A stretch of DNA of 64,000 bases from Flaccisagitta enflata (Eukaryota): NCBI GenBank assembly GCA_965153355.1, contig OZ231126.1, positions 31,806,001 to 31,870,000 of the forward strand. Reading direction: 5' to 3'. The notes beneath the pieces are model-generated. The model ran no database searches, was not told the origin of the DNA, and was given only the letters and a program-made list of their open reading frames with translations. The translations under genes were made by a program, and so were the position numbers. Below are positions 1-64,000 of the stretch, in pieces. Positions within the stretch are counted from its first letter, which is position 1, and each line of letters opens with the position of its first letter.

Positions 1-600
1 CAAAGGGACGCAATTTGTGTACAGAAGCTGCATTTGTACAAGTTCACTAGGACCGTGTAATACATTAAGAATCGTGTTCGCGCTACAATGAAAGTTTGAG
101 AGAGGTTTTCTGCTAGAGCATGAAAAGTCTTTTCCGGCCACAACGTTTACGCCAAGATATTTGCACTCATCAACTTTTACTATCGGCGTTTCGTTAAGAA
201 GCAATGGAGAATGTTCAACGCTTTTACCAAAAACCATAACATTTGTTTTAGCAGGATTGTATGAAATACACCATTGAAGTCCGTATGCATAACAAATATT
301 CAAAAGTTTCTGAAGGGATGATCTTGTGGGGGCCAGTAATGCTAAGTCATCTGCATACATAATAGCTGCTATAAACATATCAACTATGTGACAACCAACA
401 CCTGATTTTCTTAAAGCACCAATTAAATCATCTACATAAAGAAGAAACAATCGTGGACTTAAAACACCACCTTGACGCACACCAGAGGTAACGGCAAAGC
501 TTCTGCTTAAGACATTATTCCATTTCACCACACTCGATAAATTTCGATACCAATAGATTATCACATTAAGCAAGCATAGAGGTACTCCTCTTTGTAAAAA
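1..600 (-). mobile_element. 5'-truncated non-LTR retrotransposon (LINE) reverse transcriptase fragment, running off the window edge
   Basis: Manual minus-strand translation gives ...VKWNNVLSRSFAVTSGVRQGGVLSPRLFLLYVDDL...AAIMYADDLALLAP...KYLGV, the canonical non-LTR RT motifs GVRQG-LSP, YADD and YLG. Confidence 0.9.
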
Positions 601-1117
601 ATGTCATGCAAAAAGGTCATTTTTAACAATTCAAGATTATTTTAGAATAAAAGAAATCCTTAAATCTCCTTAAAATTGAATAGTGAGATTTTAATATTTG
701 GTAATAAAAATGTTTTCTGAGTAAGGGCTTAGGTATTACAAAGAAAAATTAAGATATTATATTTTCATCAATATTCTTTTATTTAGCTTAAGATATCTAA
801 GATACTACTCAAAATATGCAAAGTAAACGCTGAATTATGTATAATTTCACTAATCTATCGGTAAGTTTCATGGACAAAAGATTCAAAGTTTTTTGATGAA
901 GTTTAAGCTTAACAGAAACACAGAATAAATACAGAATAAAATATCACTAAGAATATTTATTTATTGTTTAATCATGAAAAGTATCATGAATGATTTGAAA
1001 CTCAGAAAATGCTAAAAACGAATGAAGTCATGATATTTATTTTTTTTTCATATATACAAAAGAAATAAGAATGATAGAAATATACTTAAAATTATACATC
1101 TTTAATCTTTTTAATAT

Positions 1118-1687
1118 GGGTGCACCACACAGAAATCACTAGATATAAAGTTTTTCACTGTTTTTAGCCATATTTTGTTATTTTTTCAGGGTAAACTCAT
1201 TTTGACACCTCCCCATGCTACTATTACAGTTTATGTTTGACCTTCAATAGGCAATTTTAGGTTTCTATAAGCAAATGCATGATAAATTGTACATTTATAG
1301 ACAAGATAACAATTGACCAGCTCAACTTTTGTTTTCAATTATGGGTAAAATAGAGCAACCAGTGCCACCTCCACTTGTTTTTTAGTGATACAACACCATG
1401 AAAAGCAATCAAGGCAAAAATGAGAAAAATCGCCGCTGTTATTGTATTTTTAGTTCATTAGAACGGTCATGAAAGAGTTTTTTGTACATTTTTTCATCTA
1501 GAAAACAGTCTCACTGTACCCCAGCCAATTGCTCAAAATGACCTCTTGTTTGGGCTGAATCCAGAGGTCAGGGTGTACTGACTTTAGTTATCAGGGTTCT
1601 ATGCTAGAGAATTCAACAAAAGATCACCGTTTTCTAGTTCTTTTGATCGCGTTTAAGGACCCATCAAAAAACGCCTACGGTGCACTA
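1118..1687. repeat. ~570-bp dispersed direct repeat, copy 1 (probable non-autonomous element)
   Basis: Nearly identical to 2050-2618; begins gggtgcaccacacag and ends cgcctacggtgcacta. Confidence 0.85.
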
Positions 1688-2049
1688 TTTAAACAGAAGG
1701 GGGGCTAAATCCTATACTATGAAATCTGGTAAAAACAGTCAAATCATGATGAATCTAAGCAAGATGAACTAATTTTTTGCTAAATTTTTTAAAATGTACT
1801 CTAATATTATTATTTTGAAAGTTTTATGAGCTTTTAATTTCAAACTAATGGTAACAAAAAAAAAACAAAAAATTCCAATTTTTATTTCTTTTCTTTGATT
1901 TTTCTATTATAAATGGTTGTAAGTCTTGTTTTGAGTATTTTTTTCAATGAAAAAAAATATTTTGTGCTTCTCTGAGGCAAACCCAAGGTCTCTGGACATG
2001 ATCTTAACCAATAAAACAAAAAAATGTAAGTCTATCTTTCCCCTTTAAA

Positions 2050-2618
2050 GGGTGCACCACACAGAAATCACTAGATATTAAGTTTTTCACTGTTTTTAGC
2101 CATATTTTGTTATTTTTTCAGGGTAAACTCATTTTGACACCTCCCCATGCTACTATTACAGTTTATGTTTGACCTTCAATAGGCAATTTTAGGTTTCTAT
2201 AAGCAAATGCATGATAAATTGTACATTTATAGACAAGATTACAATTGACCAGCTCAACTTTTGTTTTCAATTATGGGTAAAATAGAGCAACCAGTGCCAC
2301 CTCCACTTGTTTTTTAGTGATATAACACCATGAAAAGCAATCAAGGCAAAAATGAGAAAAATCGCCGCTGTTATTGTATTTTTAGTTCATTAGAACGGTC
2401 ATGAAAGAGTTTTTTGTACATTTTTTCATCTAGAAAACAGTTTCATGTACCCCAGCCAATTGCTCAAAATGACCTCTTGTTTGGGCTGAATCCAGAGGTC
2501 AGGGTGTACTGACTTTAGTTATCAGGGTTCTATGCTAGAGAACTCAACAAAAGATCACCGTTTTCTAGTTCTTTTGATCGCGTCTAAGGACCCATCAAAA
2601 AACGCCTACGGTGCACTA
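2050..2618. repeat. ~570-bp dispersed direct repeat, copy 2
   Basis: Nearly identical to 1118-1687. Confidence 0.85.
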
Positions 2619-2714
2619 ATATTTTCAAATATTCTCAATTATATCTGGTTCTCAAGCATGTGCAACCCATAGTGCATGTTTGATGTCAAATGACGACTAA
2701 TTCCTTTGATAGAA

Positions 2715-2915
2715 AAACAAGGTTGGATACACGGCTACCCCAGTCGCACGTGGGTGGGCAGGGGCTGTATTTGAGGTCACTTGATCATTTGGACAGAAGC
2801 AGTGAGGCTAAAGACAGCAAAAAAAAACAAAAAAAAGACGTACCGACAGACGGACCGACGCACGGACTAACAGATGGATGGACCAACAAAGCGGAGTGTA
2901 GAGTCGCGTAGCACT
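2715..2915 (-). mobile_element. HINE/DINE-1-like short element, family A
   Basis: Shared ends (acaagg..ggatacacggc and tagagtcgcg) and a (GACG/GACC)n core, as in many other copies in the window. Confidence 0.7.
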
Positions 2916-3404
2916 CAACAATTGCAGGTGGATGGGGAGAGGCATGCAATTTCTCCCCCCCCCCCCACACACACACACAATCACAACTGTCCATGGGTTA
3001 GTCCGTCAGTCCAACAAGTTTTTTTTCGATTCAGGAGATAGATTCATGTTTTTTTTTTTTTTTTTGCTTTTTCATGATTTTTGTTTTGTGTGGCATGCGA
3101 CTAAAAATGGAGGTGCTGAAAACCAAAATACAGTTATTAATTTTGGCGAGACAAGGGGGACCATATCCATCTGGGCATAATCTAAATCTCATGATCCTCA
3201 TGTTCTGTCGGTATGGTTTATGCAAGCAGGAAATTGATGAAATAGGGAAGGAACAGCCCCTCATAAAGAATTCATTCAAATCATAGAAACGGACGGACAG
3301 AGCAAGTAAAAAGTACGGCTTATCTTTACTAACTCGCTTCTGAAGTAACTGTACAAAATCAAATCTTTCATGGAGCAACAAGCTCAACGCCATATAGACT
3401 GAAC

Positions 3405-3950
3405 TTGAATGAATATACAAATGAATGAATGAATGAATGAATGAATGAATGAATGAATAAATGAATGAATGAATGAATGAATGAAACAAGTGTCAGTTTC
3501 AAACAGTTTGTTCTTTTCATCTCTAAAAAAATGAATGAAGGAACAAAAAAATGAATGAATTAATGAATTTACATATGAATGAATGAATTAATGAATGAAT
3601 GAATAAATGAATGAATGAATAAATGAAAATCGTTCTAAGAGAAACAATGCTTTGCATGAAAACACGCATCTGTTGACAATGATTGAAGAGATAAATTTAT
3701 CAAAAAATCAACGACTGACAATTGGATTAGTAGAAGAATGAGTAATGAATAAATGAATGCATGAATGAATGAATATATGAATGAATGAATGCATGAATGA
3801 ATGAATGAATGAATGAATGAATGAATGAATGAATGAATGAATGAATTAGAAGAAAGGTATGGATGGTTGAATCCCAATACAAAAGAAGAAATGAATGAAT
3901 GAATGAATGAATGAATGAATGAATGAATGAATGAATGAATGAATAAATGA
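3405..3950. repeat. (GAAT)n microsatellite cluster
   Basis: Several long gaatgaatgaat runs. Confidence 0.95.
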
Positions 3951-5296
3951 AAAATGATTAAAAAAACAGATTGTTGTTGACCAGTGAGTGGCTCATACAA
4001 AATTTCAGCAAGTTAGAGTAAAAAATGTCTGATTTACAGCATTTTCAAAAATGAGAAAAATGACCTATAATTTTCATCCCAAAAAAATCGTGCTCCGGCG
4101 CAAGCTGGCGCAGGTAAAACCTTATATACATTTGCTCGGCATATGATGTACTTTCAATATGTAATAGCGAGAATGTGTGGAAAACTGTGCAAAAAGAGAA
4201 AATTTTGAATTTCTGAAGCAAAATTTTTTTTGGACGGGTGCAACTTTGAAGAGTCATTGCTGGCTCAATTTTTGAGTCACACCGGAGATTTTTTGCATGG
4301 AGCTAGTCTAGATACGCACTTGACAAAATGCCAAAGCGCGTACATGTGACTGAAAATTTTCTGTACTCAATGCTTCAATGAAAAATGCTGTTTTTTGCAC
4401 ATTTTGTAACAAGGGCCTGGTAACCATAGTAACGAGGTAAGTTAAGGGTATTGAAAAGCACTTTTAAGCCCTAACAAATAGTCAAAAAAGAAATTCAGAC
4501 CATGAACCACCACGCTGCGGTGGAAATTCATGAAATTTTCAAATTGCGACTCGGTAGGTTATTTCTTGCTGGTATTAAGGGCCTATTCCATAGTGTATTG
4601 ATGGTAGTGATGATTGAGGGTCGAATTTGTTGCATAGCGGTCATTTAAAACAGCAAATGGGTAAGGCGGAAATTTGTCGTTGAAGCTCCGTGCTTTAGTC
4701 TAAGGTGGAATCTATGTTCGTTATCTGGAACAAAATGACTCATAGTAAGTATTAGCATGAGATATTGAAATGGTTTCCGCAGCCTTTCGAGACCATGATA
4801 TTCGGATTCCTCGTCTAGATTTTCAAATCAATTTAAATGAAAAAAAGATCTAAAAAGATCTTGGTCTGCACTTTTTGCATGCAAAATTTCATGACAATCG
4901 GACTATTTGTTTAAGAACCACATTTCTTTGAAATACACAAGTACTTTCTGACCATGTCTTTTCTTGGTATTTTACTTTTTGCTCTATTTAGAAGTAACTG
5001 TCTTTAACTGCTTAGCATTTTTCAACCAAATGAGCTTCAACCCTGCAATTGGTCTCAAATGGCAGATAATTTGTCATAGATTTTAGATCACCCAAAAAAT
5101 TTGACAATTTTCCAAAATTTTGAAAAATTTTCATTGATTTTTTTCTGAATTCCACTCACTGTGTCATATGTAGGTACACCCTAAGCGAAATCCCAAAAGT
5201 GACCAATGACCCAATTTTTCGCCATAAGCCCATTGGAACTATCCCATATAAGCCAAAAAAGTTATAGAGCACATTCGGTTCAGATAGACGCACGTA

Positions 5297-6490
5297 ACGC
5301 CGTAAAATGCCGTAAAATACCGTAAAAATGGCATTTTTGCCAGTTTTTTTGGTCTAAAACCGTTGCTTTTGTCATATAAAGGTCAAACAATGACGTTCTG
5401 GCACTAAGACACATTCATGCATATATGCAGGCCAACCCGTCATCATTCAGCATATTCATATGCCGTAAACTGCCGTCAAAATTGCATTTTTTACCGTTTT
5501 TAGGGGTTTTGTTGCTGTTGTAGATGGACAACTACTCAAAAATTGCCAGAAAATGTGTATTTAGACCCGGAACACACATACAACATAGTTTCAAAACATT
5601 GAGTTGGGTGTGAGTCATTTCATTGCCGTAAATGTTCGTAAAATGCCGTAAAAAGCCTTTATATTGGCATTTTTGACTGTTTTTTGACTACCAAACCGCT
5701 GCTTCTGTAAGAAAATAGTCAAACAATGACAATTTGGTACTGAGACACTTTCATGCACAAATTCAAGTCAACACATTTTCATTCAGCGTATTTTTATGCC
5801 GTAAACTGCCGTCAAAATGACATTTTTGACCATTTTTGGAGGGTTTTCTTCCTGTTGTAGATGGACAACTACTCAAAAATTACCAGAAAATGTGTATATG
5901 GACCCTGGACACACATACTACAGAGTTTCAAAACATTGAGTTGAGTTTGAGTCTCATTTCATTGCCGTAAATGTTCGTAAAATGCCGTAAAAAGCTTTTA
6001 TATTGGCATTTTTGACTGTTTTTTGATTACCAAACCGCTGCTTCTTTCAGAAAATGGTCAAACAACGATAATCTGGCATTGAGACACCATGCACAAATTC
6101 TAGTCAATCCGTCATCATTCAGCATATTTTTATGCCGTAAACTGCTGTCAAAATGGCATTTTAGACCATTTTTGAGGGGTTTTCTTCCTGTTGTAGATGG
6201 ACAACTACTCAAAAATTGCCAGAAAATGTGTATTTGGACTCGGGACACACATACTATAGAGTTTCAAAACATTGAGTTGGGTTTGAGTCTCATTTCATTG
6301 CCATAAATGTTCGTAAAATGCCGTAAAAAGCTTTTATAATGGCATTTTTGACTGTTTTTTGACTACCAAACTGCTGCTTCTGTCAGAAAATGGTCAAACA
6401 ATGATAATCTGGCACTCAGACACCATCATGCACAAATTCAAGTCAATCCGTCATCATTCAGAATCATTTTTCGCCGTAAAGTTCCGCCAA
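5297..6490. repeat. Tandem repeat, ~336-339 bp period, ~3.5 copies
   Basis: The motif gccgtaaatgttcgtaaaatgccgtaaaaag recurs at about 5625, 5964 and 6300. Confidence 0.85.
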
Positions 6491-6509
6491 TATGGCAAAT
6501 AAGATCATT

Positions 6510-7165
6510 TATTGGCCTTTTATGGCCCCGGTGTGAGTGTTTGATGGTCCAAATGAGTATATTTTTCCTAGTTCTGAGTGGTTTGAGTGAGATTGGCAAA
6601 AAAATTCCAAATAACAATGATCAATTTGAAGAAAAGGCCGATTTTTGCCAATTTAGGCCATTTTTGGCCTGTTTTCGGCCTGTTATGGCCCCGGTATGAA
6701 TGATGAAGGGTCCAAATGAGTATATTTTTCTTAGTTCAGTATAGAATGAATAAGACTGGCAAACAAAGTCTGAATAACTATGATGAGTTTGAAGAAAATG
6801 CTGATTTTGGCCATTTTAGGCCGTTTTTGGCCTGTTTTTGGCCTGTTTTTGGCCTCTAATGGCCCCAGTATGAGTTTATAAAGGTCCTAGTGAGTATACT
6901 ATTCCTAGTTTTAAGTGCAATGAGTGAGATTGGAAAAAAAATTCTGAATAACAACGATCAGTTTGAAGAAATTGCTGATTTTTACTATTTTAGGCCGTTT
7001 TTGGCCTGTTTTTGGCCTGTAATGGCCCCGATGTAAGTTTCTTAAGGTCCTAATAAGTATGTTTTTCCTAGTTTTATGTGGAATGAGTGATATTGGCAAA
7101 AAAAACTGGAATAACAATGATCAGTATGAAGAAAATGCTGATTATGGCCATTTTAGGCCATTTTT
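6510..7165. repeat. Tandem repeat, ~163-175 bp period, ~4 copies
   Basis: The atggcccc anchor recurs at about 6522, 6685, 6859 and 7022 with conserved flanks. Confidence 0.8.
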
Positions 7166-8249
7166 TGCTAAAAATGGCACAAAATGGCCCAAAAATTGAC
7201 TCCAATTCTTAAAAAATGTGCAAATTGATTGTTTTTGATGTAAATGAGTCTCTTTGATGGGGTCTGAACCCTGAAATTACAGATTTTCAAATTTTGACCA
7301 ATTTTGCCATTTTTTCATCAAAAATTAGGCCACTTTTAGGCACTTAGAACAAGTCCTACTCACATTTCAACAAAAGCAAATAATTTCACAGGTCAAAATC
7401 CACCTGTATGAAACTTTTCAGCTTAATTTGAAAATTTTTGACCAGTTTATACCCATTTTTCAAATTTCTTGTTGGTAGGGTAGTTGGGCCGGTCTGCAAA
7501 TTGACTGCAAAATTTGGATCCAAGACATCAAACATAATGTAAAGACATAGTCTCGTGCCAAAAATTGACATCCTCAGTCAATTTTGTTAAGAGATAATTT
7601 GATTTGTTTTTTACCAAAAATGACATTTTTCATATGTTGCTGAAAATGGTCAAAAATGGCTGAAGGACCGCCAGGAACCAGACAAATCAACACTGGTCCC
7701 TGATTGTACACTAATAGGGGTATCAAATTCTGCAAAAAAAATTCTGGGACTTTCTGGGGCTATATGAGTTTCAGAACTACTTATTTTACATGTTGAGACA
7801 AAAAAAAACCTAAAATTTGAATTTTTTCAATTTTTGCCCCAAAAATCAAAACCTATATCCAAATTTTTTTCCTCACATCGATAAAAGTGCTCAAGAGCTA
7901 ACCAGCAAAAAAATCCGCATGTCAAAAACACAATTTTTAGAGCCACAGTGACTATTTTTTCATCCTTATCTCTCGACAAAAAACAGTCCATTTTTCCCTT
8001 TAAAAATTCATCGATTTTCGACTTTGAGAGGGTCGTGACGTCACTCTAGCGCCAAAAAATGTCCAAAAATGTTGGTTTGGTCTTAGTTTACGTTTTTCCT
8101 CGCTCTCTAAATCAATGTTGATGCATATTTCTCAAAATCAATTTTTGACCCCCCAAAGTTGGCCCTGTGTTCACTTTTCGTAGAGATACGGCACAGTGCC
8201 ACTCCTGATTTTGATGATGTCTAATTGAAATAATCAATAAAGTCATAAA

Positions 8250-8455
8250 TTGCGGACACGCAATTCTATAAGAGGCTTTGTCCATCCGTCCGTCGGTCTG
8301 TAACCCACGAATCGAAAAGTGGAAAAACGAGCATTTGAGATGTTTGTTTTTTTTTTTGGTTGGTGTGTTGGTAAAGAACCATGGGGTGTGGATGGGGGTT
8401 GGATGCCCCTGCCCAGCCGTCCGCATAGATATTAAGACCCCGCGTCCCTTGTTTT
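8250..8455 (+). mobile_element. HINE/DINE-1-like short element, family A variant
   Basis: ttgcggacacgcaa hairpin, (GTCC)n core, cttgtt 3' end. Confidence 0.65.
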
Positions 8456-8591
8456 TATTTTAATTTGATTTCATTTGCTTCTTATTTGGAATTCAAATGA
8501 TTTTGAGGACACTTTAAATCCTTGAACATATTGGGCTCTAAAAAAATATATGTTTAAATATATGAAAACATTTCTCTAACTGACCAGACCA

Positions 8592-8911
8592 GTTGTTGTT
8601 GTTGTTAACCCGGGGAATCACCAGGCAGTTATTGAGCGCGGTTTGTAGGCTTCTAATGAAGGCCAATCGACCCACCACTTGGGCGGCGTCACCGGGTCTT
8701 TTTGATGTCAGATTCCACATCATGATGTCCTATGGCCTACCCTCCCTCTAGCTAGCTATTCCTGCTGGAATTTTTCTAGTAAACCCCAACTTATTCCCAG
8801 TTGATAGACAAATCTTCCAACCTTCGCCGAAAAGACTCGCCCACCACGGGAATCGAACTCGTGACCCAGAGGACCACGAGCCTGCATGCTACCACTGAGC
8901 TAATCCCCCCC
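8592..8911 (-). mobile_element. tRNA-derived SINE
   Basis: The minus strand begins gggggattagctcagtggtagc (Pol III A box), then gagttcgattccc (B box), a ~240-bp body and an (AAC)n tail at about 8592-8608. Confidence 0.7.
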
Positions 8912-10202
8912 AGTAATACCAGCTGTCGCCGTGAGGAAAAAACTCATAAGCATTGGTCACTTTTCAAACTTTTATCTTCAGTCTTTGCATTTTCTTTTGT
9001 TAGATCAAATCAAGAGCAATTGTATGTATGTATGTATTATACATATTAAAAACAGAACTGAGCCAAATGAGCTAGATAAGCTAATATACTCAAAATCGCC
9101 TAACTAGATATCCAGCTATACCCACTGAAATACTTTCTTGTATTTGCATGCTCAATTAAAACATTTATTTATCTTATTTGAAATCAGAAAAAAACTAAGC
9201 TAAATGAGCTAAACGAACTAGGATACTTTAAAACACCCTCACAGATGAGCAGTTTTGCTCACTGACATGCTTTCTAATATCTGCTTGCCTAAACATGTAT
9301 CAAAATATTCATTCATTTATTGCATTTAAAATAAGAAAAAAAAGCTTAAAAACATCAGTCCTCGACTGTAGTCTATTTGAAATGCTCAAAATACCTTCAC
9401 AGATGAGCGGCTATGCTCGTAAATATGTTTTCTTGTATTTGAATTAGATAGCAGACTTTGCCCCAAATTCAATGTGACAACCCCAGCCCGATGTTTTTTG
9501 TATTCCATATGGTCAAATAGAGGGCCTAGGGCCAATGAACGGGTTTTTGAATGGATTTTGCAACTAGCACTTTTCAAATTTTGATGTGCATTAAGTGGAG
9601 GCTATGGTACATCCTGGCCTTCGAGAAGTTGACTAGGTAGATTGCACACTGCACACGCTAAAACCATCATACAAGTAACGTGGGGTTACAGTATCGCCGC
9701 GGAGGGCGATCCGCTCACATTTACATATGCGTTTGCTCATCGACAAAGGGACCGCCAGCTCGATGAACAGCCTCCTAATGAGACCGCAGCTGAAATTTGA
9801 AAAAAAATCTGATAAAATTGACTGAACTAACACAACCCAAAGGCATGAAGCGTTCATTAAGAATCGGAATACAATAGATTACTTTGTAGGAACAAAGCAT
9901 AGATCAAAGAGGCGTACAAATATCAACACCAAAACAATGCTTAATCAAAAATATTATGGAGAATAGTTTTTCTTTATGGGGGGGGGGGGAAGAAGGGGGA
10001 ATTGGTGTGGTGGTACTCAATAGTACACAAATATTCAGTTTTACTCAAGAGGCCTTCCGAGCCCAAGCGCATCAACCTTTAAACTGAACCGAACAAGGAC
10101 TGCCGGCAGAAGCATGTCCAAATTTACTATTTTAATTCATAAATATTACCCATAAATCAGCTTAGAATTTATCAATTGAAAATCATGGCAAGGGAGAGGG
10201 GG

Positions 10203-10550
<348 letters not shown>

Positions 10551-11177
10551 GAAAGAAGAAAATTATAATGGTGCGAAAAGATCAAAAGGGGGGGGGAGCT
10601 GGGAAAGGGGTGAAAAACGCGTCCGGAAGAATAAGGGACGGGCGAGAAGAGGAAATAGGAGAGAGAGATCGACAACTCAATCAATTGACTAGAAGACCGC
10701 CGGTAGGACGACATGAGCTTCAAACAAGCCGGCCCGTGTGTAGCGTAATTAAATACGTCTGCGTCATAAAATATATAATTCAGATAGTCAAGTCTTAATG
10801 CATGAAGTAAAGCCAACTGCTTCTTACTAAAAGCATGCCTGAAAATTTTGATACATTTTCACCCCGATATAACAGACCCAAAAGTAACGGAAATCCACCT
10901 AAAACGAACAGAAAACCTTTAATTTCTTATGATGGCAAAAACAGATAAAACCTATCAATCCCTTTAAATCCAAAATTGTACCCATTTTTGAATGTTTCAA
11001 ATGGATGGCTTTGTCACACAATATCATGCATGGACCAAGAGTTTCATATGCACACAAAATTTTACCCTTCTAACCTCATTAGAGACTGAGCTTTAGCTAA
11101 AATTTGGCATATCCATTGACAGATTACATCTTGTACTGTACGGTAATATTAACTAATAAACTAAAGATCAATTCAGA

Positions 11178-11183
11178 TTTATT
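11178..11183 (-). promoter_or_regulatory. Candidate polyadenylation signal (AATAAA) of the Rabaptin gene
   Basis: tttatt on the + strand, ~90 nt downstream of the stop codon at 11269. Confidence 0.4.
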
Positions 11184-11268
11184 CTTGGACAAATTTTCAA
11201 GTTCCATGTTGGAACAGCCCAGACTAAAAGGGCGAGTCACGGAGAAGAGAAGATCTCGAAAACACAGT

Positions 11269-62095
<50,827 letters not shown>

Positions 62096-63326
62096 CTAAA
62101 ATTCGACAATCTACCAATAGAACTATCGCGCCACATGCGATGAAAAGAATTGACATCCATTGTCACTTATCTTTTGAATCACTTGGAATTGACTTTTACG
62201 TTCACTCAATACCTTGGACCATCAGCTTTCAAAAAAAAAAAAACAAAGCTTTAAGTACTTCCTCCAAACAGTGAGAATATAGGGAGCCCTCTTTATACTG
62301 CCCTTATTGCTGAGATCGTACTGTATCTTCAAAAAGACACAAATCAAATGGAAGCGGAAGAAGATTAGTCGTGGTCTAGAGGACCATCAAATTCGACAAA
62401 TCATTCTGTTATGTTATGTAATGTGGTGCTATGCAGCAAAAATACGGACAAAACTAAAGTTCTATGCATTTGGCATACTCCCTAGAATTAGTCAAACGGA
62501 ATTAACAATCAATGGTATGGTATTATTGCATCGGTAAAGTCACAGAATACACAGTGGAAAAACAGATTTCTTTAAAAAAGGTGCACGAAAAGTTTCACAT
62601 AACGTAAATCACGTAAAATTCTTAGACTCTCTCTGAACATAAAAATTTGCATTTCTTAGAACATGGCTCTTTTCTTACAAGTATTAACACTGACGCCATG
62701 TTTTTCAAAATGCAAATTTTTATGTTCAGGGACAGTCTTAGAATTTTACGCGAGACATGTTCACTGCAGGAAATCAGATTTTTTATAAATATCCATCAAT
62801 TTTGCACTCTTTTATTTTAACTTCTCATATTAGGAATGTATGACGAAAATTTTTTTTTTCTCCAAAACTACAATTATTGGTATCAATCGATGAATATCAA
62901 CGGCTTTCGATTGATACCCCATAATAAATATTTTAACTATTTTGCTAGCATATTTCACGCTATATTGCCTTTGGTGCTGTTCTCGCGAGTCTGTCACTTG
63001 TTTGAATGTATCTTTTAAACCAATTAAAATCCGTTTGGCGATGAAAATTTGACTTGGAACATGCTGGGTATGAACATGTCACATCACCCACCTAATTCGT
63101 CACCACAAAGACTCACTTAAGCCGTATATCACCACAATAGTCAAGGCTAATGACCCTGTAATCATCCTCAAAACTGTGAAATGATGGGGATTCTTAAAAC
63201 TATGTGACAACGTGGTAATGTCGAGGGATGTGGGAAGGGGCAAGCAGTGGGTTGTTGTCTTATTGGCGTCTGTCTGTCTGTCTGTCTGTTTATCTCTCTG
63301 TCTCTCTGTCTGTCTCTGTCTCTCTG

Positions 63327-63386
<60 letters not shown>

Positions 63387-63392
63387 CAATGG

Positions 63393-63618
63393 AACAAGTG
63401 ACGCAGGGTCACAATATTGTTGCGGATGGGTGGGCAGGGGTGTACAACCCCTATTCACACCCTTGCCTATCCCAAATCTACTCACACACACAGCAGCCGC
63501 TAAAATGCGTGTTTCCACATTTTTCAACTCGATTACTATGGACCAACAGACTGACGGACCTACTGACGGACCTACAGATGGGCAAAACCTCTTATAGTTG
63601 CGTGTCCGCAACTAAAAA
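63393..63618 (-). mobile_element. HINE/DINE-1-like short element, family A variant
   Basis: aacaag ... gggtgggcagggg ... (gacgga)n ... agttgcgtgtccgcaactaaaaa. Confidence 0.7.
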
Positions 63619-64000
63619 CTAATGGACGACTGACAGACAGACCGGCATGGCCTTTACAGAGTCCCCGACACAAAATCGAAACTCAACAATAGATGGAAAG
63701 AAATTGTTTATTCAAAATGATAAAATTTTTGATAGAGGCTTCGACTTTGTGTGGTTGTAGCTTTTCTCAGGATGAAAGAAAAAAAATCTGAAACCAGATT
63801 TGGAATCAGCACTATCAAAACTATATTCACTGTCGAGTAAAACCGCGAATGGGCCTTTTCGTTAGCGTAAAAGCGTTTTTTGATGCAGGTCTTTTCCATA
63901 TTCAAGCTGACGGTTAGAGCCTCAGAGGGGTCAAATTTCAAAGTGTGTTTCATGCGGATTTCTCTTTGTTACCGCCTTACATGATGTCTCAGGGGTTGGA

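Noticed and set aside
3031-3489. 152-aa ORF
   Set aside because: It starts in the GAAT microsatellite and shows no recognisable domain or supported exon structure.
8836-8911. Functional tRNA gene
   Set aside because: A and B boxes are present, but the stems are imperfect and it continues into a body with an (AAC)n tail, so it is better explained as a SINE.

Overview
Repeat-rich eukaryotic genomic DNA, probably from an invertebrate animal. All gene models were assembled by eye from splice sites and reading frame. (1) A minus-strand Rabaptin-5/RABEP1-family gene spans about 11.3-62.1 kb. It has 19 phase-consistent coding exons here (about 904 aa; the N-terminal exons were not found in the window) and ends in a FYVE domain. 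(2) A complete 5-exon calcyphosin-like (CAPSL-family) EF-hand gene (209 aa, one GC-AG intron) is nested antisense in its penultimate intron. (3) An 11.3-kb DNA transposon (26669-37965) lies in another intron. It has imperfect ~135-165 bp TIRs (CAGGG...CCCTG) and a TA duplication supported by an adjacent empty-site copy of the target repeat. It encodes an apparently intact 6-exon, ~1692-aa Sola2-like DDD transposase with an AT-hook and ~108 pentapeptide repeats, and its splice phases are compatible with fusion to Rabaptin. The rest of the window holds Helentron/DINE-1-like non-autonomous elements carrying different satellite arrays, foldback MITEs, a LINE RT fragment, a tRNA-derived SINE and microsatellites.
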